A stretch of 59,663 nucleotides of DNA from Nitrospinota bacterium (GCA_030754595.1 JASLZZ010000096.1:1-59663), one strand, 5' to 3'; counted from the stretch's first letter, positions 1 to 12,356 are shown. Numbers and translations: made by a program. The notes: generated from the letters alone by a model not told the origin.

Positions 1-83
1 TCCGCACTCCCATAAACCTCGATAGAAAATGATGCGGGGGTAAAAAAGCGGGCGAACTCGAAAAATAATACACGAAATCCCTG

Positions 84-1664
84 TCAGAAAGCGATGACCT
101 CGAACCCCTCGATATGAAGCTCGGGATCGGCCTTGATCACCAGTTGAATATTTAAATGACTCTCTAGTTCCTCAACGTGTGGCCGCTCCTCCTCGAGTAA
201 GCGGTCGGCCACTTCCGGGTGAACGTTCACCAAAATTTTCCGGCTGGTTTGGTGATGGACACAGACTCTCCGAACCTCGCGGAGTGATTCGTAACTCACC
301 GTTGCCGCACTTTTGACCCTTCCCCGGCCTTCGCAGTAAGGACACGGATCGGTAAGAACATGCTCAAGACTTTCCCTGACACGCTTTCGTGTCATCTCCA
401 CCAAACCCAGCTCGCTGATTTTTGAAATTTTCGTTCTGGAACGGTCCTTGGATAATTCCTCCTTGAAGGCGTTGAAGATTTTTTCCCGGCTTTCCTCTCG
501 TTCCATATCAATATAGTCAACGATAATGATGCCGCCGATGTCACGCAGTCTGAGCTGGGCAACAACCTCCCGAACAGCTTCAAGATTGGTTTGGGTAATT
601 GTTTCCTCGGGAGATCGCTTACCGACAAATCGTCCTGTGTTGACATCGATTGTGGTCAATGCCTCGGTTTGATCGATTACTATATATCCCCCGCTTTTTA
701 GCCACACGCGCTGGCCCAGCGCCCGTTCGATTTCCAGTTCAACACCGTAATAATCGAAAATGGGCTCTTTGCGCTTGTAATGTTGCAGTTTAGGAACAAG
801 GTGAGAATAGTATGCGGTCAAAAAGTCACGGCATCGTTCATACTCTATTTCGGAATCGATTATCATTCGTTCGATCGATGAACCGAAGAGGTCTCTCACC
901 ACACGTTGAATGAGCGTTAGATTTGTGTGAACCAATGCCGGCGCGGAGGTGTTGCTGTGGTTGTCGAAAATACCTTCCCATAACGCGTGAAGGAACATCA
1001 TATTCGCTTCGATGTCGTCAACAGCCATGCCTTCGCTTGCTGTCCTGACGATGTATCCTGCGCCTGGCTGCCGGTATTGGTGGACCAGCTTTCGAAGGCG
1101 CTTGCGCTCTGCTTCATCCTCGATTCTTCGGCTGATTCCGATTTGATTGATGGTGGGCATATAAACGACGTATCTGCCCGGAAGGGTGATGTAACTGGTC
1201 AGGCGAGAACCCTTGGTGCCAAGAGGTTCCTTGCTTATTTGAACGAGAACCTCTTGACCGTCCTTGAGAAGTTCTTCAATGCTTTTCGGGTTTTCACCGC
1301 GCCAATTACGCCGGCCCCAGCCATTAGGCCGGGCATACCCGTTTCCTTCGTCTTCATCCGTGGACTGGTCGAAGTCGAGGTCTTCGTCCTCTTCAAATTG
1401 CTCGGATGCGAATTTCCTGTAATTCTCGATAGATTCAATTGTGTCAACGTCGTTGACATGTAGAAATCCCGCTTTCTCCAAGCCAATATCGACGAAGGCC
1501 GCCTGCATGCCAGGCAGTACTTTCGTCACGCGGCCTTTGTAGATATTTCCGACAATACCCTGTTCGCCTTCCCGTTCGGAGTACAACTCCGTGGCTACTC
1601 CGTTTTCATTGAGGGCTATTCGGGTTTCAAATGGTTCCGCGTTTACGATGATTTCAGACGACAT
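84..1664 (-). CDS. rng: Ribonuclease G (Rne/Rng family)
   Basis: VGNIYKGRVTKVLPGMQAAFVDIG S1 region, IDVNTG and LRLRDIGGIIIVD catalytic motifs, CPYC Zn-link; 526 aa with no RNase E scaffold tail. Confidence 0.93.
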   Translation of the reverse strand: MSSEIIVNAEPFETRIALNENGVATELYSEREGEQGIVGNIYKGRVTKVLPGMQAAFVDIGLEKAGFLHVNDVDTIESIENYRKFASEQFEEDEDLDFDQSTDEDEGNGYARPNGWGRRNWRGENPKSIEELLKDGQEVLVQISKEPLGTKGSRLTSYITLPGRYVVYMPTINQIGISRRIEDEAERKRLRKLVHQYRQPGAGYIVRTASEGMAVDDIEANMMFLHALWEGIFDNHSNTSAPALVHTNLTLIQRVVRDLFGSSIERMIIDSEIEYERCRDFLTAYYSHLVPKLQHYKRKEPIFDYYGVELEIERALGQRVWLKSGGYIVIDQTEALTTIDVNTGRFVGKRSPEETITQTNLEAVREVVAQLRLRDIGGIIIVDYIDMEREESREKIFNAFKEELSKDRSRTKISKISELGLVEMTRKRVRESLEHVLTDPCPYCEGRGRVKSAATVSYESLREVRRVCVHHQTSRKILVNVHPEVADRLLEEERPHVEELESHLNIQLVIKADPELHIEGFEVIAF

Positions 1665-4452
1665 TTTCCATCTCTCGAATTTTCCCGGCTTTCCTTTGTA
1701 TTCTGATTTTGCGAATTTGAGCCCTAAGGCAATCTTTGCGAGATAAGCCCAGACAAGCGGTCAGGATATCGAAAACCTTTGGCTTGGTTCCCTCTTTGTC
1801 GCGAAGGGTAAGGTACAGCCGCAAGCCCGAGTCCCCTCCCGATCTCGGCATTATAGTTTTTGCCCACAATTCCGAAATTGTCGGACGGGCGTCGAAATAA
1901 ATAGTTTTTCCTTTTCTGATTCGCTTTATTTCAATAGCGTTGGCCGCCATGGCCCGATCAATAGAGTTTTCGATTTCTTCTTTAAGGTCCGATCTCGAAA
2001 ATTCCCCGGGCAAGTTGATCTCATAGGTAGCCGTGGCGACGGAATTTGCCGCCGAGATGAAACCGGGGCCAAGCCTCCAGGCCGCCCAAGGGCGCAGTCC
2101 TTTCGGGAGGCCTCCCTGAATTTTTCGAAATACTTCAAGAATCCTAGGTTCTCCGGATATCTCGAGCAAGGGAATGTCAACCAGCTCCATGCGGCTTTCC
2201 ACTCCCACTGGAATGGGGGGGGAGAAAACAATCTTGGGGTGAGGATTGAAGCCCCTTGTATGCGCCACACGAAGACCTGCACGCTGAATCGCACGCGAGA
2301 AAGTGCGGAGAACTTCGAGATGGCTTAAAAATCGCATGTCGCCCGATTTTTCGAATATAAACCGGAAACGGCTCACGGGAACATCTGGTTGAGCCGCGGC
2401 GATAGCGGGATTGTCACCGGAGGCGTCATCGAAGCCAATAGGCACCGGACCGATGCTTTGGCGGACGCCTCGGCGGCTCTTTTGACGGATTCGTCCTTGG
2501 GGCTTGCTGTTCGATTTTTGTGATTTCATTATGGTCAATTCGACCGGTTCGTGGCCGGCTCCATAGTCGATTCCCGGGGCGCGGTTTTCGACAAGAGGCA
2601 AGGCCTTTTCGTAATGGTATTTCACCCCCTTGTAATTATCCAAGATTCCGCACTGTCCACAGGACTCATATCGGCAATCGCCCACGGTAATTTCGCGGAG
2701 AGATCGATTCCATTCGGTAGATAGATAATCCTTGGAGACGCCGCAGTCGAGATGATCCCATGGCAAAGGTTCGGTCACGGACATATTCCTGTAGGCATAC
2801 CATTCGGGGTCGAGGTCGTTCGATTCGAAAGCTTCCATCCACTTTTCAAAATCGAAGAATTCGTGCCATCCATCGAATTTGCACCCCAAATCAACGGCCG
2901 TCTCGATAACGCTGGCCAAGCGGCGGTCCCCCTTGGAGAGGATTGCTTCAAAATAGCTATTCTTCGGATCGGACCAGCGAAGATGAATGCGCCGGTCATG
3001 TACATGCTCACGGATGAAATTCAATTTTTCTTTGATGACTTCCTTCCGGTCTTGAGGAAACCACTGGAATGGTGTGTGAGGTTTCGGGACAAATGTTGAA
3101 AGACTGACGTTGATAAAACGGAATTTCTCTCCGGTTTTGCGGCGCTGCATTTTGGCGCATTCTTGAAGCATATTCACCAATTGGCGGAGATCTTCGAAAC
3201 TCTCGGTCGGTAGACCCAGCATGAAGTAAAATTTCACCCCGGGCCAACCAGCATCGAGGATGTCCTGTAAATTCCGTTTTAAATCCGCTTCGGTGAGCAC
3301 CTTGTTGATCACGTTTCGAAGCCGTTCGCTTCCGGCTTCGGGAACAAGGGTAAAGCCGGTTCTGCGAACGCGAGCGATCTCGGCGAGCAATTCCGGGTCC
3401 ATGGCGCCAACACGCAGGGAAGGAAGCGAAATAGAGGTGTTGATCGGGGCGAGGCGCTCCATCATCCGCGGGACAAGGCCTTTAAACGGTTGGTAGTCGG
3501 CGATGCACAACGAGGAAAGGCTGAGTTCCTCGTAGCCGGTGTTCAGAAGCGATTCCTCAGCAAGGGCCATGACATCGGATGGGTCCCGGTCACGGACGGG
3601 CCGGTAGACCATGCCAGCATGACAGAAGCGGCAACCTCGAGTGCATCCGCGCTGGACCTCCAATGTCACACGGTCGTGAACAATCTGGGTGTAGGGAACA
3701 ATAGGTTTTGTCGGGTGGGGCGAGTTGTTGAGGTCCTCGAGAAGGCGCGAGAGAACGCGTTTTTTTGCTCCTGAAACTTGTTTAATTTTAAGGAGTTGCC
3801 CTTTTCCTCCGTACTCGGGCTCGAAGTGGGAGGGAACATATATTCCGGGGATATCACCTAGGCGCTCTAAAAGCGCCAAGCGCGTCTCCCCCGAGGATCG
3901 CCATTTTTCGTGGACATCGACAATTTCCAGAAAAATTTCCTCGCCGTCACCAAGCGCAACGGCGTCGAAAAACGGAGCCATGGGCTCGATGTTGAAAACA
4001 ACCGGGCCGCCGGCGACGACGAGCGTGTCGTTTCGGCTCCGGTGGGCTGAACGCCTGGGAATTCGGGCAAGGTCGAGGAGGCGGACGACGTTACTGGCCG
4101 AGAGTTCGTAGAGTAGCGAAACCCCAAGGATATGAAATTCTCGCACCGGTTTCCGGCTCTCAAGGGAGGCGAGAGGCGCTCCCAATTCCTTGAGTTTGTC
4201 CTCGAAATCCTCCCAGGGCATGAAAACCCGCTCCGCAGCGATATCATCCCGCTCATTCAGCAGATGATAGAGAATCCGGATGCCGTTATGAGACATCCCG
4301 ACTTCGTAGGTGTCCGGAAATGCAAGCGCAACAAGATTCTTCACCCGACTCAGGTCCTTCCGGATGACATTCACCTCGTTGCCCAGATAACGCGAGGGCT
4401 TTTCTATGAACGGAAAAATATCCCTAGAATAATCCACATATTCAGAGGCCAC
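1654..4452 (-). CDS. TIGR03960-type B12-binding radical SAM protein fused to a C-terminal TIGR03936/DUF2344-type domain
   Basis: EKPSRYLGNE N-terminus, FPDTYEVGMS, CxxxCxxC (RGCTRGCRFC); C-terminal RFLSHLE...GFNPHPK domain; GTG start; overlaps the rng start. Confidence 0.88.
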   Translation of the reverse strand: MASEYVDYSRDIFPFIEKPSRYLGNEVNVIRKDLSRVKNLVALAFPDTYEVGMSHNGIRILYHLLNERDDIAAERVFMPWEDFEDKLKELGAPLASLESRKPVREFHILGVSLLYELSASNVVRLLDLARIPRRSAHRSRNDTLVVAGGPVVFNIEPMAPFFDAVALGDGEEIFLEIVDVHEKWRSSGETRLALLERLGDIPGIYVPSHFEPEYGGKGQLLKIKQVSGAKKRVLSRLLEDLNNSPHPTKPIVPYTQIVHDRVTLEVQRGCTRGCRFCHAGMVYRPVRDRDPSDVMALAEESLLNTGYEELSLSSLCIADYQPFKGLVPRMMERLAPINTSISLPSLRVGAMDPELLAEIARVRRTGFTLVPEAGSERLRNVINKVLTEADLKRNLQDILDAGWPGVKFYFMLGLPTESFEDLRQLVNMLQECAKMQRRKTGEKFRFINVSLSTFVPKPHTPFQWFPQDRKEVIKEKLNFIREHVHDRRIHLRWSDPKNSYFEAILSKGDRRLASVIETAVDLGCKFDGWHEFFDFEKWMEAFESNDLDPEWYAYRNMSVTEPLPWDHLDCGVSKDYLSTEWNRSLREITVGDCRYESCGQCGILDNYKGVKYHYEKALPLVENRAPGIDYGAGHEPVELTIMKSQKSNSKPQGRIRQKSRRGVRQSIGPVPIGFDDASGDNPAIAAAQPDVPVSRFRFIFEKSGDMRFLSHLEVLRTFSRAIQRAGLRVAHTRGFNPHPKIVFSPPIPVGVESRMELVDIPLLEISGEPRILEVFRKIQGGLPKGLRPWAAWRLGPGFISAANSVATATYEINLPGEFSRSDLKEEIENSIDRAMAANAIEIKRIRKGKTIYFDARPTISELWAKTIMPRSGGDSGLRLYLTLRDKEGTKPKVFDILTACLGLSRKDCLRAQIRKIRIQRKAGKIREMENVV

Positions 4453-4627
4453 TCAAAAACTCCGTCAAAAAAAGTTTCGGCCGCTCAGCTTCCGAATAAG
4501 GCCGGCCGCCGCAGCTTATGGGTCTGATTCAAGCTTTTTCATATTGGCTGAAACCTTGAATTATTACAACACTGCCGGCGAACTCCGGGGTGGTGATAAT
4601 TAAGGTAAGTCTTTGATTGATAGATAG

Positions 4628-5782
4628 TTAGAAATACTGGTAGAATGGGAGCGAACTCCTCCGCCTGATTCGGACGTTTAGCACCAAACCCACGGCGATA
4701 AACGAGGTCAATGACGCGCTTCCGCCGTAGCTGACAAAGGGCAGGGGTATGCCCACGATGGGAAATATCCCCAGGGTCATCCCAATGTTCAGCATCGTAT
4801 ATAAAAAGAAGGAAGTCCCCACTCCGACGGCGATCAGCGTCCCCTCCTTGTCGGCGGCATTCAGGGCAGTTTGGAAACAGCGTTGGATGAACACCAGAAA
4901 CAAGATCAACAGGACGGCTCCTCCCACGAAACCCAGTTCCTCGCTCAGCACTGAAAATATGAAATCCGTATGCTTTTCAGGGAGGAAATGCAGCCGGCTT
5001 TGCGTCCCCTGGAGCAGTCCCTTCCCCCAAATCTCTCCGCTGCCCACCGCAATCTTACTTTGCATGCTCTGATACCCGGCCCCCAAAATATCGGCATCCG
5101 GATTGAAAACCGTCAGAATTCGTCTTTTTTGGTAATCCTTCAGAAATAACCAACCTACCGGTAAAACGGCGACGCCGGCCGAAGCCAGATAGAGCAGTAC
5201 CCGCCTCTCCATCCCCACGACGAGAACCATCACCACCGCGATCATCAAAATCGTCATCGCGGTTCCGAGGTCCGGCTGCCTGGCCACGAGACCTACGGGA
5301 ATGATGACCAAAATAAAAGGAATAATCAGGTCCCGAAATTTTAGGGGTTCGGTGGATTCCCGTGTTCCAAAGTAGCGGGCTATCACCAGGATGACCGCCA
5401 GTTTCGCCAGTTCGGATGGCTGCACGCGGACAGGGCCCATGACAATCCATCGCTTGGCGCCGTACACAACTCTGCCGATAACGAAAACCAAAACGAGCGA
5501 TGCAACCACAACCGCATAAAATAAATAGGAAAGCTTTGAAATCGTGTGGTAGTCGAAAACGAGGATGGTGGAGAGAAGACAGAGCCCGAGAGCGGACCAC
5601 AGCGCTTGTTTCCAGTGAAGAGCGTTGGCCAGAAAAACGGCGTTGGAATGGATGGCGCTGAAAATCATCAAGACCCCGAATCCGGAGAGCCCGATTATCG
5701 AGATGACCATTAGCCAATCAATCTGCCCGAGGACTCTGCGGAAGGGGGTGAGTGGTGCCAGTGAAGTATCGATGCCCCTCAT
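4628..5782 (-). CDS. rodA: Rod shape-determining SEDS glycosyltransferase RodA
   Basis: GAKRW, QPSELAK, QPDLGT, LPEKHTDFIF and PFVSYGGS motifs; follows mrdA. Confidence 0.95.
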   Translation of the reverse strand: MRGIDTSLAPLTPFRRVLGQIDWLMVISIIGLSGFGVLMIFSAIHSNAVFLANALHWKQALWSALGLCLLSTILVFDYHTISKLSYLFYAVVVASLVLVFVIGRVVYGAKRWIVMGPVRVQPSELAKLAVILVIARYFGTRESTEPLKFRDLIIPFILVIIPVGLVARQPDLGTAMTILMIAVVMVLVVGMERRVLLYLASAGVAVLPVGWLFLKDYQKRRILTVFNPDADILGAGYQSMQSKIAVGSGEIWGKGLLQGTQSRLHFLPEKHTDFIFSVLSEELGFVGGAVLLILFLVFIQRCFQTALNAADKEGTLIAVGVGTSFFLYTMLNIGMTLGIFPIVGIPLPFVSYGGSASLTSFIAVGLVLNVRIRRRSSLPFYQYF

Positions 5783-7686
5783 GGAGCGATTCCTCCAGGT
5801 GTGTTCCGTCTGGAGGTGGCTCGGCTCAGGAAATCACCGGCCGAGGCCAGAACCTTTTTCGATTTTTTTACTTTGAGGTAGGAGGCGATTAGTTTCCGCG
5901 CCACGGGAGAGAAAAAGGAACCGGACCTCCCCGCGTGCTCTCCTAATATGGCAACGGCTATCTGGGGGTTCTCAAACGGTGCGTAGGCGACAAACCAGCC
6001 ATGGTCCCGGAACTTGCGGGGCAGCGATTCGGGTTTCCTCTTTCGTCCGGTGATTGAAAGGCGCACCGTTTGGGCTGTTCCGGTCTTGCCCGCAACCCCG
6101 ATGCCCGGGATAGCCGTTTTCCTAGCGGTTCCTCTTGGGCCGTTGACCACCTCCCATAATCCTTGTTGGACCTTCTTGAAAATTTCCGGCTTGATTGGAA
6201 TTTGGCGAATGGCTGTAGGTTTATGTTCGAAAACGATATTTCCGTTTTCTTCGAACACCCTCCTAACGATAAAAGGCTTCCATAAAGTGCCGCCGTTTGC
6301 GGTTGTCGCTATGAGATTCGCCGCCTGAATCGGAGTGATTAGATTATATCCCTGTCCGATGGATACGCTGATAGTATCGCCAGGATACCATCGCTCCTTG
6401 ACTCGCCTTCTTTTCCACTTGTCGGATGGAACCAATCCTCCTTTTTCTCGAGGGGCGAATCCAGTTGGGGAGCCCAGGCCAAACATCTTGGCAACCGCAG
6501 CGATTCGGCTAATCCCGAGTTTGTTTCCCGCGTTGTAATAATATACGTCGCAACTTTGGGCGAGAGATTGGACCAAGTTGATATGGCCGTGTCCGCCCCT
6601 TTTCCAGTCGTTGAAGATCCTGCCGCCAAAGGGGAAGGTCCCGTTGCAATAGAAGGTTTCTTCGGGAGTAACTACTCCTTCGGATAAGGCCGCAAAGGCC
6701 ATGACAATTTTGAATATCGACCCAGGAGAGTACTGGCCCCGAAGGGCCCTGTTTTGAAGCGGTTTTAAGGGGTCTTTCGTGAGGGCCCGCCAATCATCTC
6801 CGCTCAAAATACCTCCTGCGAATTTGTTGGGATCGAGGGAGGGTTTGCTGACCATGGCCAATATTGCGCCTGAGGAAGGATCGATGGCAACGATGGAGCC
6901 TTCGTATTCCTTGAAAAGCTCTTCGGCTTCGGATTGGAGCTTGTAATCGAGAGTGAGTTGAATGTTAAAACCAGGCTTGTTAATGAAGGGTCGAATGACG
7001 CGAAGTTCTCTTCCGTAAGCGTCTACCTCCACTTGCTTGAATCCGGTTTCTCCCCGCAGGAATTTTTCTTGAGAAAATTCCACGCCAGATTTACCGATTA
7101 AATCGCCTTGCCTGTAATTAAGTTTCTTTAATTTCTTGAGTTTTTGTCCGCCTATTTCGCCAAGATAACCGATGAGGTGGCCTGCGTCATATCCGTTTGG
7201 ATAATGCCGGAGCGGTTCGACCTGAATGAAAACGCCTGGAAGTTCCGGGCGATGTTCCTCAAGAAATCCCACGGAACGGCGATCGGCGTCCGCCTTAATG
7301 AGGTAAGGCCGAAAAGGGCTTGCTCTTCGAATCTTCTTGTGAAGCTCTTCGTAGGATTGGTTTGTTGCCATGGACAACAGTCGGATTTCTTCTTTCAGAT
7401 TATTTGCTTCTTCCTTGATGATGTAAACGTTGAAGGAAGGCCGATTGTCCGCAAGGACATTTCCGCTGTTGTCAAAAATCAAGCCTCGCGGGCTCCTTAC
7501 AATCCGAGAGGCAATCCGGTTATTCTCGGAGAGGGAACGAAATTTTTCCCCTTGAATGACCTGGAGGTTCCAGAGGCGCGCGAAAAGCCCAATAAGAATT
7601 ACGGCGGATATGGCCGCCAGGATCTTGACCCGTTTTCGGAGCGCATCGGGGATATTCGTATTCTTGCGTTGAGGTAAATTATTCAT
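5779..7686 (-). CDS. mrdA: Penicillin-binding protein 2
   Basis: N-terminal TM segment; SxxK (PGSIFK), SCD and KTG (GKTGTAQ) motifs; mre operon context. Confidence 0.95.
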   Translation of the reverse strand: MNNLPQRKNTNIPDALRKRVKILAAISAVILIGLFARLWNLQVIQGEKFRSLSENNRIASRIVRSPRGLIFDNSGNVLADNRPSFNVYIIKEEANNLKEEIRLLSMATNQSYEELHKKIRRASPFRPYLIKADADRRSVGFLEEHRPELPGVFIQVEPLRHYPNGYDAGHLIGYLGEIGGQKLKKLKKLNYRQGDLIGKSGVEFSQEKFLRGETGFKQVEVDAYGRELRVIRPFINKPGFNIQLTLDYKLQSEAEELFKEYEGSIVAIDPSSGAILAMVSKPSLDPNKFAGGILSGDDWRALTKDPLKPLQNRALRGQYSPGSIFKIVMAFAALSEGVVTPEETFYCNGTFPFGGRIFNDWKRGGHGHINLVQSLAQSCDVYYYNAGNKLGISRIAAVAKMFGLGSPTGFAPREKGGLVPSDKWKRRRVKERWYPGDTISVSIGQGYNLITPIQAANLIATTANGGTLWKPFIVRRVFEENGNIVFEHKPTAIRQIPIKPEIFKKVQQGLWEVVNGPRGTARKTAIPGIGVAGKTGTAQTVRLSITGRKRKPESLPRKFRDHGWFVAYAPFENPQIAVAILGEHAGRSGSFFSPVARKLIASYLKVKKSKKVLASAGDFLSRATSRRNTPGGIAP

Positions 7687-7692
7687 AATGTT

Positions 7693-8214
7693 CTATGATC
7701 TGTTGGGATAGGGTATGCCGAGAGATGAAGGAACGATCCGACCTTCGATTATGCTCAATAAATGAATGGCGAATGGCGCCAACACAGTATTCAAGATGAT
7801 CGTTTTGAGCGAATCAAACCAGTAGTTCGTGGAAATTCCAAGTTCGGGTTGAAATAAAAGTGAAAGAAGCGCCCACAAAACAACATCGAACAAGGTGGTG
7901 AGGAATCCGAGAGTGGCCAGAAAAAACCAATTGCGCCTTGCGATATTTCTTACCAATCCACCGGTCAGGTACCCCAAAAGCCCCTTGGATAGCGAATTAG
8001 AGCCAAGCAACCCCCCCGACAGGATGTCCTGGAGCAACCCCAGGAAAAACCCCGTGACAAGTCCGCTTTCCGGACCCCGCCGCACGCCGATATAAAGTGT
8101 GGCTAGCAGCATGGCGTCAGGCCGGGCGGTTGTCCAAACGAAAAAATATTCCGTGAAGGTCGTTTGAAAAACGATGGCTCCCGCCGCGGCGAAGATATAG
8201 AAGAGAACGGTCAT
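7693..8214 (-). CDS. mreD: Rod shape-determining protein MreD
   Basis: Hydrophobic 173 aa, GFFLGLLQD motif, between mreC and mrdA. Confidence 0.9.
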   Translation of the reverse strand: MTVLFYIFAAAGAIVFQTTFTEYFFVWTTARPDAMLLATLYIGVRRGPESGLVTGFFLGLLQDILSGGLLGSNSLSKGLLGYLTGGLVRNIARRNWFFLATLGFLTTLFDVVLWALLSLLFQPELGISTNYWFDSLKTIILNTVLAPFAIHLLSIIEGRIVPSSLGIPYPNRS

Positions 8215-9047
8215 TTCCAGGGGTTATCCTTAAGTGTGGCAAGAACAATCAGAACTTCCTCGAGCTTGTTGAAATTCACGGTGGGTGTTGCCCTAACTTT
8301 TTGGAACAGTTGCTTCCCCTTACCTGAAGCGATTAACACGCGAGCGACCGGAAGACCCTTGGGGAAAATACCACCCAGGCCTGACGAAATAAGAAGATCT
8401 CCTTCTTTGACATCGGCGTCGGCCGGTATGTACCTAACCTCACCTTCGTTCCTGGCGGAAATCGAGAAAACCCCTTGTTCCCTTGTCCTTTGGACGATCA
8501 CATCAACCGAGTTGCGCGAATCTGTTATCAAGAGAACCTGACTAACCGTTTGGCCGGCCCGGAAAATTCTTCCGACAATTCCCTTTTGGTGAAGGACCGG
8601 CATATTCCTGCGAATTCCATTTATTCGCCCTTGATCGATAATCAATATTTTCCCGTATGGGCTTTGGTTGCGCCCAACGATTTGCGCGAGCCGAAATCCA
8701 TCTTTCTTGCCGGGGACGCCTCCCAACAGTTCCTCCAGTCGCTTGACCCGGGATTGAAGCTCCTGGGCTCGAACTGAGATGCCTCTTAGGGAGGCAAGTT
8801 CACTCAATAGCTGGTCATTTTCTTCTCGAAGCCCGCGAAGAGCGATGTAACTGTTCCAGATGTCGCTCATCCATCTTTTCGGGGCCGCCGCCGTTTCAAC
8901 GAGGGGCCCCGATATTCCCAGAGCTATTTCCTCGAAGACCGTTGTGCCTCCGCGCCGGCGGGCACTGAAGGACATGAGGACGAAACAAACGAGGAAGAGA
9001 GCCGTCAGAAGAGTGGCGTTACGCCGTTCTTGGAGAATTTCGAGCAT
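8211..9047 (-). CDS. mreC: Rod shape-determining protein MreC
   Basis: TM segment plus coiled coil, SSGLGGIFPKGLPV motif. Confidence 0.93.
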   Translation of the reverse strand: MLEILQERRNATLLTALFLVCFVLMSFSARRRGGTTVFEEIALGISGPLVETAAAPKRWMSDIWNSYIALRGLREENDQLLSELASLRGISVRAQELQSRVKRLEELLGGVPGKKDGFRLAQIVGRNQSPYGKILIIDQGRINGIRRNMPVLHQKGIVGRIFRAGQTVSQVLLITDSRNSVDVIVQRTREQGVFSISARNEGEVRYIPADADVKEGDLLISSGLGGIFPKGLPVARVLIASGKGKQLFQKVRATPTVNFNKLEEVLIVLATLKDNPWK

Positions 9048-9106
9048 CTATCCGTTTTCCGTCGGTTGACGAGAAAAGCGCGGCATCGAATCTAAAGCGG
9101 TGAAAA

Positions 9107-10417
<1,311 letters not shown>

Positions 10418-10421
10418 TTAA

Positions 10422-12317
10422 ATGCTTCGGTTTTTACGGGAAAAGGGAAATACCTGGTTGCTCAAGGGCCTTTTGGGATTCGTGGCGCTCACCTTCGTCT
10501 CATGGGGGGGGTATTCCATGTCCTCGCGCCAGGCGGTTCCGGGCGGGCGGGTCGCGGCCTGGGTGAATGAGACCCCGATCACTGTGAAGGAGTTCGAGAA
10601 CCGCTACTTCCAGCAGGCCGAACTCATGCGAAGACAGTTAGGCGACAACTTCACGCCCGAGCTCGAGAGGCAGCTGAACCTCCGCCGCGCTACTTTCCAG
10701 CAAGTTGTTTCCGAAAAACTCCAACTCGAGGAGGTCTCGCGTCTGGGCATCAATATCGTGGACGACGAGGTGGCGATCAGCATCCAGGAAGAGCCCTCGT
10801 TTCAGATTGCGGGCCGCTTCGATCAAAACCGCTACCGGCAGATATTGCAGCAGAACCGGCTGAACCCAAGACAGTACGAGGAATTGCAACGGCGCGCTCT
10901 GGCCACCGCGCGCCTTCGCCGTTACCTGGGGCTCGGTGCGACGGTGAGCGAAAACGAAATCCGATCCGCCTTTCGATGGGCAAGCGAGCGGATTCAAGTT
11001 GAAATGCTCCAGATTGATCCTACGGAATTTGCCGACGAGGTTCCCGTCAAGGACGATGATCTCGGCGCCTATTTCGATAAAAACAAGGAAGCCTTCCGGG
11101 CCGGCGAAAAGCGTAGGAGCCGGTGGTGGTATCTTCCCTTTGAAGCCGTCTCGGGGGAGGTCACGCTGACCGAGGGGGAGTTGAAGACCCACTACGAGAA
11201 AACTCGCTCACGCTACAAGGAAAATGAAACGGTGGCGGTTCGCCAAATTCTCAAAAAAGTATCCCCCGATGCCGGCAAAGAAGCGTTGGAAAAAGCAAAG
11301 AGCGAGATCTCCGGCATCCGGAAGGAGATATTGCAGGGCAAGGATTTCGCCGAGATGGCGAAAGCCGATTCTGAGGGTACAAACGCCTTGAAGGGCGGGG
11401 AGTTGGGGACTTTCGAGCGGGGCCAGCTTCTCCCTGAACTTGATAAGGTCGTGTTTTCCTTGGAAGAGGGAAAAATCAGCGAACCTGTCCAGACCTCCTT
11501 TGGGGTCCACCTGTTGAAGGTCTCCCGGCGCAGGGCCGCCCGCGTGGCTCCTTTCGAGGAAGCGCGAAAAAAGGTGGAATCCTCCTTGAGAGTCGAAAAA
11601 GCCCGTGCGCTGGTCAAGAAGAAAATGCGCCTTCTTCGCTACGACGTGGAGGACAAGAAACCCGAGACCGAAATCCCAGGTCTTCAAAAAGGAGAGACCT
11701 CCTATTCTGAAATTAAGACCCGTCCTGTTTCCTTCCCCGATGAAAGAGGCCTTTGGCCCGCCGTTTTCGACTTGAAGAAGAAGAGTGAACTGTCCGGCGA
11801 AAAAAAAGGCGACAAGGGTGTCATGTTTTTCCAATTGTTGGATATTAAGGCCTCCGCCGTGCCTGATTTCAAGGAAGTTAAGAAGGCGGTGCGCAAGAGA
11901 TATGTTTTAGAAAAATCCGGGGAGATTGCCGATCGGAAGTCGAAGGTTTGGCTCTCCGAACTCCAGAAAAAAGAAAGGGCGTTCGAGGATTTGGCGGTTC
12001 GGCTGAAAGTGAAAATCATGAAGCCAAAGGCATTTTCCCGGGGAGACGCTCCCGGGGAAATCAATAAAAATTCCGGTTTTGTCAATGGATTGTTTCGCAT
12101 CAAAAAAGGCGGATTCAACCGTTCCCGCTCTCAGGGGAAGATGTATATCATCCGAATCGCCGAAGAACCTGCCGCCGATATGTCGAAGTACAAGAAGGAA
12201 AAAAGGGAGCTTCGCAAAAACCTTCTTGAGGAAAAAAGAAGATTAATCTTCCTGCAACGAATGGATGATTTGAGAAAAGGGGCGAAAATTCGGATCGAGG
12301 GAGGGTTCTCTTTCTAA
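10422..12317 (+). CDS. ppiD: PpiD/SurA-family periplasmic chaperone, parvulin peptidyl-prolyl isomerase
   Basis: N-terminal TM anchor, SurA_N region, rotamase motif GGELG...SEPVQTSFGVHL; divergent from mreB. Confidence 0.85.
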   Translation: MLRFLREKGNTWLLKGLLGFVALTFVSWGGYSMSSRQAVPGGRVAAWVNETPITVKEFENRYFQQAELMRRQLGDNFTPELERQLNLRRATFQQVVSEKLQLEEVSRLGINIVDDEVAISIQEEPSFQIAGRFDQNRYRQILQQNRLNPRQYEELQRRALATARLRRYLGLGATVSENEIRSAFRWASERIQVEMLQIDPTEFADEVPVKDDDLGAYFDKNKEAFRAGEKRRSRWWYLPFEAVSGEVTLTEGELKTHYEKTRSRYKENETVAVRQILKKVSPDAGKEALEKAKSEISGIRKEILQGKDFAEMAKADSEGTNALKGGELGTFERGQLLPELDKVVFSLEEGKISEPVQTSFGVHLLKVSRRRAARVAPFEEARKKVESSLRVEKARALVKKKMRLLRYDVEDKKPETEIPGLQKGETSYSEIKTRPVSFPDERGLWPAVFDLKKKSELSGEKKGDKGVMFFQLLDIKASAVPDFKEVKKAVRKRYVLEKSGEIADRKSKVWLSELQKKERAFEDLAVRLKVKIMKPKAFSRGDAPGEINKNSGFVNGLFRIKKGGFNRSRSQGKMYIIRIAEEPAADMSKYKKEKRELRKNLLEEKRRLIFLQRMDDLRKGAKIRIEGGFSF

Positions 12318-12356
12318 CGTAGTTAACCTCGCCGGGTTTGCGGCTACCCGCAGGGT

